Shown here: positions 57,901-64,000 of the stretch, one piece after another | Layout: each line of letters begins with the position of its first letter | Position numbering within the stretch: position 1 is the first letter of the stretch | Source of the DNA: an uncultured virus (IMG/VR IMGVR_UViG_3300010885_003647) | Lineage: Duplodnaviria; Heunggongvirae; Uroviricota; Caudoviricetes | Reading direction: 5' to 3' (one strand) | Virus record (IMG/VR): IMGVR_UViG_3300010885_003647 | DNA length: 64,000 nt | Notes under the pieces: model-generated | What the model saw: the letters and a program-made list of their open reading frames with translations, nothing else | Database searches by the model: none | What the model was told of the DNA's origin: nothing | Program-made: the position numbers and the translations under genes

Positions 57901-60595
57901 TGCTATAGGTCGTAAGATTCAAGAGGATGTAGTTACAGGTAAAGAGACCTTACCTACGGCTAAAGTAACCCGAGACTTAGAAGCCATATATAAAGCTACT
58001 GGACCAAAAACAGTAAAGCCTGCTACTACGCCAATACAGTCAGTTCAAAATACTAAGAAAGAAATTAAAAACTTAGCGTCTAGTTTTGAGACTATGTATC
58101 TGTCATCTGATGCTGCTTTAAACAATGCTATTCGTAAGGGTCTAGAAGCTAACGGCAAGGATTGGGATACTACTAAGAACGCAATGCTTGAAATAAGCAC
58201 CTCTCAGGCTACTCATGCCGATGCTGTGGCAGATCAATTCTTAAGAGAAGGTAATGTTGAGTACGACCCTAAGTTACATAAGTGGGAAGTCAAATCTGCC
58301 AAAGATAGCTGGGCAAAACTAATTACAAAAAACTTAGCTGATATTGCTAAGAAGTATGGTATTACTCAAGACCAAGCAAACAATTATGCTAACCAAGCTT
58401 TGGTTGCTAGCCGTTTAGATGGACTATCTAAATCAGATAAAGAAATCTACAGTCACATGACCCCTGAGCAGATTAAGGCTGGTCTATCATTCTTTGAAGC
58501 AATACCTGAGCTAAAGGCAGTTCGAGATAGTTGGAATGCAATTCGTAAAAATGTAATGAAGGTAGCAATTGAAGGCGGTTTGTACAACGAACAACAAGCT
58601 GAAGAACTACTAAAGATTATGGACTATGTGCCATTTTTCCGTATTGAGCAATTAGAACAGAACGCTGGGCCTAGTGAACGTGGTGGTCGTGGTTTACTTA
58701 ACTTTGCTAAGAACTACAAGATTAAAGGTAGTGAGCAGGAAGTTAACGATATCTTTGATAACATGGGTCGTTGGACTAGCTATACCGTATCCCGTGCAGT
58801 TAAGAACCGTTCCGCATTAAGCTTAAAGAATGCTGCAATTCAATTCCTACCAGAAGGCGAAGTGAAAGAATTACGCATAGACGAGAGTACAAAGAAAGAA
58901 CAACACGTAATTGATATATGGGAAAATGGACAACGTAGGAAATACGAATTTTCAGATCCATTGTTTATACATGCTTTCCAAGGTATTGATGGTATAGCTA
59001 TCCCTCATTTTGGTATGGCGCAAGCGGCATCTAATATATTACGTAAGACTATTGTAATGGTGCCTATCTTTTCTATTAGTCAGCTTTCTCAAGATTCGTT
59101 TGGTGCTATGCTTACTTCAGGACTTAAGCACCCTTGGGCATTACCATTAGAAGTAGTTAAAGAATTTACTAAGACTCTATTTAATAAAAGTAAAACCCAT
59201 AAAGAACTGACCGCTATCGGTGCAGTAGGGACAAAAGATTATTCTGCAACTACTGGGTTATTGGGTGCTACTAGACGAGAGACTATTGAAAGAGAAGCAG
59301 GGTTAAAGAAGACTCCTATTTGGTCTCGTTTATATAACAGTTTAGAAAAGTTCTCAATGACATCTGATAATGCTGTTCGTCAAGCTGTTTATAATTTGAC
59401 CATGAAAGAAACTGGGGATAAAGCTTTAGCTACTGAGAAGGCTTTTGAACTTATTAACTTTAAACGTACAGGTGCTAGCGCTAAGGTGCAATTGCTTCGT
59501 CAGGTAATACCATTCTTTGGCGCATACTTGCAAGCACAAAACGTTATCTATAAGACTCTAGCTGGTAAAGGCATATCTCCAGTACAACGTAAAGAAGCCC
59601 ATCGTATCTTAGCTAGTAATGCTTTGAAGATCGGTGCTTTAGCGTTTATGTATGCCGCCCTTGCAAGTGATGATGAAGAGTATCAGAAGATGGATCCAGC
59701 TATACGTGACCGTCATTTATTAATTCCTGGTACAAACTTCATGCTCCCTATGCGTAGCGATTTGACTTTAATGCCTAAGTTAATTGCGGAATACACCTAT
59801 CTTGGTATGACAGATAATGGCTTTACGGATGGTAAAAAGATTCGCCGTGCTATGACTGATGCCCTTGTCAATGCAGTACTAAGCCCAACCGTTGCACCGC
59901 AAGCAATTAAACCAGCCTTAGAGGTATTGGTAAACTACGACTTCTTTACAGATCGCCCAATTATCGGACAGGGTATTGAGCACAAAATTACTGCAGAGCA
60001 GTATACAAATAGTACATCTGAATTTGGTAAGTTTATTGGTAGTTCGGGATTGATTGCACCTGTGAATGTAGACCACTTGGTTAAAGGCTATATGGGTACT
60101 GTAGGGGGATTAGGGTTAATGTTTACAAATGCTGTTGTAAACGCAGGTTCAGACCAACCAAAACCCGAAAAGAGTCTCCAAGATACTGTTTCTTCTGTAC
60201 CTGGATTGAGTGCGTTTTTTGCAAAAGAGTATGGCAACGCAGATAAGAACGATTTCTATGAGTTACGTAAAGATGTAGATAAGGCAGTAACTACATTTAA
60301 TTCAATGAAAAAGCAAGGGCGTGTTGCAGAGGCTAAAGAGTTTTTAGAAGAAGGTACATTGAATCCTCTTAACCCATTTAGCCCAAATGTAAAAGACTTA
60401 CTTAAAGTTAATAAGCAGGTGGACAACATTAACAACCAGCTAACCAAGCTAAGAGATTACGAAAAGAAAATATACGACTTGCCTGAGTCTAGGATGAGTG
60501 CAGAAAAGAAAGGTGAAGAGATTCGCCGTGTTCGGGAGATGGAGAAAGTATATTTAAGTAATGTGCACAAGCTACGCCAAATGGCTGGCTATTAA
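54923..60595 (+). CDS. large polyvalent internal virion protein with zincin-like HExxH domain and LPD38-like C-terminus
   Basis: 1890 aa; TVLHETVHG...EFASE; C-terminal NYDFFTDRPI...DHLVKGYMG. Confidence 0.75.
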   Translation: MPLVNVEGVGLIDFPEGMSGEQIDAAVRKDILPQYPDIAAKTKRGWGEALTDVGASAIKGVGALAQLPGQIGQLAGVVAPTETNTGLQGIGKQIEQFGEEAKSPILKGKEVVRGQKIEQADGMLSEFGTAFKETIKDPALLSSFFAEQLPNLAGSWGGGLLAKGTAKALMMATTEQALAKVGVAGAVGTGAIQQGADVGSDTYETIYKRLIKEGMGDEQANGIALSKARVAALEAAGLSLGTAALPGGTAIERALVGKGLPGAGGFTKGLLGETASETIEEGGGKLASNLGVQEVFPETSLTKGVGAAAGMGALGGALFGGVAGYVNADRATPEQKQIVADGIDTVQQLEDQARRDAFEAEQKAIELRALEERHGFTNSAAYAELSAEVERLKAKAQLAFAKADKGKAEMSAFAEAQPDLFGMVTAEKQTQEAEVQPPVEQPNQLSLPLEDQQSLALNAPPQPLNLNLPAQTQAPVVQGRPITLEDIKGMGIGGGPNVKIKQAILGKDLTDPKQAAEVKAALEEYAGGDRSASIIAKVERFLNSAPFLEQQKLSLRRPYGSMKKPGVETPTEEEQALYQAELEALQTSEEQNAGKPIEPLNGGNEPSVRVPSKRPAIPTATKKPKRRGVVPPVDTTGQPIGAEVPVERTLGAKPLTLEEKAAQAIAQRQAPKGGYNPDIQEPSVELSTRHAREYKEAIGNYLENANYIGAKALDALAGDMHAGDNLTDAKRAYRGLSEEQKAYVAEKTKELEKYTRRGDAYAKQQNEEVARRKAFQGELDEQEKSPKLERILPGSTNEELTQAVQRGDLNAALNAIAKDKSDTFNILEKLVSNRLLANKGSLPKIEVVPAGTIKDGAAQYNPFTDTVQINEGEVDSHTVLHETVHGFLHALIQKFEAGAKNKGIADLKTLYDFIKENHPNVAEEYGMSSLTEFASELMSNRQFQETLAQIPYRAEAQNLFSAFIRAVLNALGLSPTSKLSALASGLFAADRSLAIGRKIQEDVVTGKETLPTAKVTRDLEAIYKATGPKTVKPATTPIQSVQNTKKEIKNLASSFETMYLSSDAALNNAIRKGLEANGKDWDTTKNAMLEISTSQATHADAVADQFLREGNVEYDPKLHKWEVKSAKDSWAKLITKNLADIAKKYGITQDQANNYANQALVASRLDGLSKSDKEIYSHMTPEQIKAGLSFFEAIPELKAVRDSWNAIRKNVMKVAIEGGLYNEQQAEELLKIMDYVPFFRIEQLEQNAGPSERGGRGLLNFAKNYKIKGSEQEVNDIFDNMGRWTSYTVSRAVKNRSALSLKNAAIQFLPEGEVKELRIDESTKKEQHVIDIWENGQRRKYEFSDPLFIHAFQGIDGIAIPHFGMAQAASNILRKTIVMVPIFSISQLSQDSFGAMLTSGLKHPWALPLEVVKEFTKTLFNKSKTHKELTAIGAVGTKDYSATTGLLGATRRETIEREAGLKKTPIWSRLYNSLEKFSMTSDNAVRQAVYNLTMKETGDKALATEKAFELINFKRTGASAKVQLLRQVIPFFGAYLQAQNVIYKTLAGKGISPVQRKEAHRILASNALKIGALAFMYAALASDDEEYQKMDPAIRDRHLLIPGTNFMLPMRSDLTLMPKLIAEYTYLGMTDNGFTDGKKIRRAMTDALVNAVLSPTVAPQAIKPALEVLVNYDFFTDRPIIGQGIEHKITAEQYTNSTSEFGKFIGSSGLIAPVNVDHLVKGYMGTVGGLGLMFTNAVVNAGSDQPKPEKSLQDTVSSVPGLSAFFAKEYGNADKNDFYELRKDVDKAVTTFNSMKKQGRVAEAKEFLEEGTLNPLNPFSPNVKDLLKVNKQVDNINNQLTKLRDYEKKIYDLPESRMSAEKKGEEIRRVREMEKVYLSNVHKLRQMAGY
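56697..56873 (+). CDS. overprinted 58-aa protein in the +1 frame inside the large virion protein gene
   Basis: GGAGG-6 nt-ATG; MLENLLNLSMEEMSQAFACLASDLPSPPQLKNLNDEEWFLLSILLDNLLEQKYQSSVH; the host frame is a disordered linker here. Confidence 0.6.
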   Translation: MLENLLNLSMEEMSQAFACLASDLPSPPQLKNLNDEEWFLLSILLDNLLEQKYQSSVH

Positions 60596-60620
60596 AAAAG
60601 GACCCCGCCGAAGCGGGGTT
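60594..60620 (-). terminator. rho-independent terminator between convergent operons
   Basis: ACCCCGC-TTCG-GCGGGGT-CC followed by T6 on the minus strand. Confidence 0.85.
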
Positions 60621-60663
60621 AAGTCCTCAATGTGGGGTAGAGGAGAAGAGTGAGGTAACTATA

Positions 60664-60864
60664 TCACTTAATCCTCCATAAGCGCAAGCCATATATTCCA
60701 TTTTCTACAACTTGCTTGCATTTGACTTCCATACCCAGACGCTTAGCTTCTGCTAACAATTCCTTTTCATGGGCTTTGCGGTCTAGGCACGGTACAAAAA
60801 ACGAATCACCACACTCAAGCCGCATCCACGGCATCAGGAAGGTTTGGTTCAGAATCTTTAACAT
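60664..60864 (-). CDS. small conserved phage protein
   Basis: W..LECGDSFFVPC...GLRLWR. Confidence 0.7.
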   Translation of the reverse strand: MLKILNQTFLMPWMRLECGDSFFVPCLDRKAHEKELLAEAKRLGMEVKCKQVVENGIYGLRLWRIK

Positions 60865-63673
60865 TTAGTAAGGCTTCTTCCCTAAAGAACTCCAGCTTGG
60901 TAGCATCAAATACTAAGGCTGGTGCATTTAAATTGGTATCTACAATAGTACCCGCAGTCATACGTTTACGTTTAGTACCTAAGAAAGCCCCACTCTTTCT
61001 GTGCATAGATATAGACTCGTCAAAGTTTAACTGCATTCTATTGCACTCATTACGATACTCTTTAGCAACTACATATAGAAGCTTTGTATCAGGCTCATAA
61101 CGTGCAGTTAATGCGCCACGTGGTTCACGAATCGGACCTGTCTCCAAGCCTGTTCTAGCGTCGGTTTTACCGTTAATAACCAATACTTCGTGGAACTTGC
61201 GTTGGATAAAGCCACTTAAGAAGTCGCTATTCTCATCGACCATAAGTTTGTTCTGCGCCCTAGATTCTTTAATATGCTTAACGATGTATTGCATTACAGG
61301 TACGTGGTCAATATTATGCAACCCTAACCTACCAGCAATTATTCCCCCTGTCATAGCGATTGCCGCCATAGCTGACCAATAGCGTTCTTGAGACCTAATA
61401 TCTGCTGATTGCTCAATCCTAGTCTGTATATCTGCTAACTCTAAAATAACTTGAGGTAAGTTTCCAACTATATGTTGCATGAATGGAAATATAGCGTGCC
61501 CATAGTTAGTATGTAATCGCCCGAAGTGTTGTCTTGCCCATACAGGATCATCATTAGCATCATTAAAGATATGTAACTCCATCATACGCATCAGTTCGCC
61601 TTCAGGGAAAGCCTTGATAGAAAGCAAGTCATCACGTAGTGAACGGTTTGATGTAGTGATTAGTCCTGTTGCCCACTTGGTATGGTTAAGACGCTCCGCA
61701 TTGTTCTGCGACTGCATACGGTTCTTAGCACGACCCTCAGTAATATCGTAGGCTAAGTTAGACTTTTGGATTGGATCCATGTTAGTCATCTCATCAAACA
61801 ATATAGGGATGTTTTGGAATGTACCAATACGTTGTAGCTTTTGGTTATAAGTATCCTTAACCCGCATAAAGGTATCTTCAGGGTGTCCATAAATACTGCC
61901 GATGGTATGCAGGACTGTAGTCTTACCTGAACCTGAACCCTGTGATTTAAGACTTAGTAAGTACCCTTTAAGGTTAGTGAACTTAAGTAGTGTGTTGCCA
62001 AATCCCATAAAGAACGCAAAAGCTTTAGCTTCCATCTCATCTCTAGCATACGCATTGATTACATCTTTCCATACATGGAAGTCACCCTTTGATTTAAACA
62101 TTGGTACAAGTTCAATAGTCGTAGCTGTTGGTGGACTGTACTTAATTTCTGTAGCGGTGATCTCTTTGTCGCCAAGTATAAATCCTTCGTTCTCAGGTAA
62201 CCAACCAAACTGTTTACGTGCTAGTTCTGCCTCGGTGCTTGCTTGCAATTCTTCCACCCATCGTGTTATATATGCCATAAGTATGTCCTGTTTCTTGCCT
62301 AATACTGCCAAGCCCTGCTTAGCAATCGCATCTCTAAATCTATCCTTAGCTAATACATCTGTCAAAGGCATGACAAATTCTTTAACTCCATCCTTTGGTA
62401 AATGCAAACGCATTAAAAGACTCTCACCCCTATCAGGGTCATTCATACGCTTAACTACATAGAAGTCGTATGGATAAATCAATAGCATTTCTTCGTTACC
62501 GTCTTCATCTTTCATCTTGGTGTATATACCACCAGCCGCACCCCTTGTGTATGGGAATGGGTATTTAGGAATCTGATAGATGGTAGGTGCTTCGCCTTCT
62601 TCCTCGGGGGGTACTTCCACTACATTGTCTTCTTCTTTAGCTTCGTTAAACTCCTTGCCTAACTGAATAGGAGAAGTAATACTTAACTCACAACCTTGGC
62701 ATGCGCTTGGGTTTAGCTTCTTAAATGTAGAACAAGTATAAGGACCTTTTGTTTCATTAGCCTTACGCTCAGTAGCTTGCGCTGAATAATCGGGGTGTTT
62801 ATTAGAAAGCGTATGAATGGCTTTTTCCCGATCCACACATTGCTGGGCAATACTTAGCCCTCCTCTCCAAAGCGGCTCATCTATTGTCGTTTGGTTTTTG
62901 TATATATGCAAGAGTTGTTGGCAACCTTCTCCCTTAACGCTTTTGAGCATAATAGTTTTAAAGCGGGATATATTGTTACCCATCAAGGCTAGGGTCATTG
63001 CATCCATCTGACGTGGTACAAACGGCTTACCTGACATGCCAGCAAAAATGTCCTGCTCTACCGTGTCAAATACATCTTTTAGGGTAGAGATATGAACCTG
63101 GGACCCTGTAAGTAATAACTCTACTTTAGCTGGGTTTTCAACGTCTTTGAAGTTAAGGGTGTTTGGGATACGTAATATGCGTGCGGTATCCGCAGTAACG
63201 GATGGGTCTGCCTCAAGCTTATGCTGGGTGCATAGGGCTTTAAACTTCTCAGCTAGGGGTTTCCATTCCTCGCTTGGCAAAGCCTCTTGTAGTGTCCAGT
63301 ATGCGTGTACCCCACGACCTGAATTAACTATCGTAGGTCTAGGTAGTTTGGTGTCTTTAATGAACGCTTTAAGCGCAGTCATACCTTCTGCTTGGTCAGC
63401 ATAGGGTTTACCAATACCACAATCAATATCAATAAAGAAACACTTTAAAAACTGTGCGTTCTTAGCCGTGCGACCACCTTTAGGGTCAGCAAACGAGGCT
63501 AATGCAAAATACGCATTGTATTGATCTGCAATTAATTCTTTGGCTAATTCATTTACTTCTTCAATACTTCCCACAAACTTTTGTCTTGGGCTTCCATCAT
63601 CTTTTAAACCTACCACACAATACGACCCTGTATCGGGGAGCACTGCGGATAAGAAATTATTTGTTTCTATCAT
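60815..63673 (-). CDS. DNA primase/helicase (RepB-like primase plus DUF927 / P-loop domain)
   Basis: FFIDID, VNSGRGVHAYW, RILRIPNT.N, Cys cluster, GSGSGKTT Walker A, LFDE Walker B. Confidence 0.85.
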   Translation of the reverse strand: MIETNNFLSAVLPDTGSYCVVGLKDDGSPRQKFVGSIEEVNELAKELIADQYNAYFALASFADPKGGRTAKNAQFLKCFFIDIDCGIGKPYADQAEGMTALKAFIKDTKLPRPTIVNSGRGVHAYWTLQEALPSEEWKPLAEKFKALCTQHKLEADPSVTADTARILRIPNTLNFKDVENPAKVELLLTGSQVHISTLKDVFDTVEQDIFAGMSGKPFVPRQMDAMTLALMGNNISRFKTIMLKSVKGEGCQQLLHIYKNQTTIDEPLWRGGLSIAQQCVDREKAIHTLSNKHPDYSAQATERKANETKGPYTCSTFKKLNPSACQGCELSITSPIQLGKEFNEAKEEDNVVEVPPEEEGEAPTIYQIPKYPFPYTRGAAGGIYTKMKDEDGNEEMLLIYPYDFYVVKRMNDPDRGESLLMRLHLPKDGVKEFVMPLTDVLAKDRFRDAIAKQGLAVLGKKQDILMAYITRWVEELQASTEAELARKQFGWLPENEGFILGDKEITATEIKYSPPTATTIELVPMFKSKGDFHVWKDVINAYARDEMEAKAFAFFMGFGNTLLKFTNLKGYLLSLKSQGSGSGKTTVLHTIGSIYGHPEDTFMRVKDTYNQKLQRIGTFQNIPILFDEMTNMDPIQKSNLAYDITEGRAKNRMQSQNNAERLNHTKWATGLITTSNRSLRDDLLSIKAFPEGELMRMMELHIFNDANDDPVWARQHFGRLHTNYGHAIFPFMQHIVGNLPQVILELADIQTRIEQSADIRSQERYWSAMAAIAMTGGIIAGRLGLHNIDHVPVMQYIVKHIKESRAQNKLMVDENSDFLSGFIQRKFHEVLVINGKTDARTGLETGPIREPRGALTARYEPDTKLLYVVAKEYRNECNRMQLNFDESISMHRKSGAFLGTKRKRMTAGTIVDTNLNAPALVFDATKLEFFREEALLNVKDSEPNLPDAVDAA

Positions 63674-63757
63674 AGCCGCCTTAAGCCGTCAGTAAAAAGG
63701 ATGGGCAGGGATATGACGGCGGTAATATCCTTTTCGGTAGCTAACCTAGCCCCCCAC
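63674..63757 (-). ncRNA. putative structured 5' leader of the primase gene
   Basis: GGATAT/ATATCC hairpin whose loop (CCGCCGTC) is complementary to downstream TGACGGC and GGCGG at the ribosome-binding region. Confidence 0.45.
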
Positions 63758-63761
63758 ACAA

Positions 63762-63992
63762 CTATCTTAATTTATCAATAAGTTTTTTCATCTTGTCCCA
63801 ATGCTTCTCAGGGACATTACTTCTACCACGAAACCAAGAGTAGACCGTCACTCGGGATACAGAAAAGAACTCAGATACATCAACTACAGGAATATCTTTC
63901 CTGACGCATATAAGCCCTAACTGCACCCCTATCTTGGATTTGTCCGAAGCTTTAACTTCATTGATAAAGCCACTCGCATATCCTATTGACAT
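63762..63992 (-). CDS. Cro-like HTH protein
   Basis: IPVVDVSEFFSVSRVTVYSWFRG. Confidence 0.75.
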   Translation of the reverse strand: MSIGYASGFINEVKASDKSKIGVQLGLICVRKDIPVVDVSEFFSVSRVTVYSWFRGRSNVPEKHWDKMKKLIDKLR

Positions 63993-64000
63993 TATTACTC

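Noticed and set aside
1..64000. tRNA, rRNA, integrase, transposase or stop-codon reassignment
   Set aside because: No such signatures seen by eye, and genes tile densely under the standard code. A tRNAscan run would be needed to exclude tRNAs formally.

Overview
This is a 64 kb segment of a tailed dsDNA phage, probably with a short non-contractile tail. A Gram-negative host is inferred from the spanins, and a betaproteobacterial one weakly from a PhaR-like box. Positions 1-15.6 kb and 60.6-64 kb are minus-strand early and replication genes: glycosyltransferases, a family A DNA polymerase, VRR-NUC, an AAA+/vWA module, two stand-alone sigma-region-4 proteins and a DUF927-type primase, driven by consensus sigma70 promoters. 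Positions 16-60.6 kb are a plus-strand late operon covering terminase, portal, GroES, scaffold, major capsid, three tandem paralogous ~525-aa virion proteins, tail and fibre genes, a lysis cassette and internal/ejection proteins ending in a 1890-aa polyvalent protein. The most striking unexplained signal is ten copies of a 15-bp palindrome, TACTGT-N3-ACAGTA, confined to 7.5-15.7 kb, spaced about 1.1-1.4 kb apart in the distal part and embedded even inside coding sequences. Other notable signals are a 58-codon gene with a perfect Shine-Dalgarno overprinted inside the giant ejection protein, structured RNA leaders, an iteron-rich origin-like region, a PhaR-like box before a 38-aa ORF, and a shared hydrophobic-x-x-G-G motif in internal proteins. 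I saw no tRNA, rRNA, CRISPR array or integrase. All family assignments come from motif recognition by eye, not database searches.
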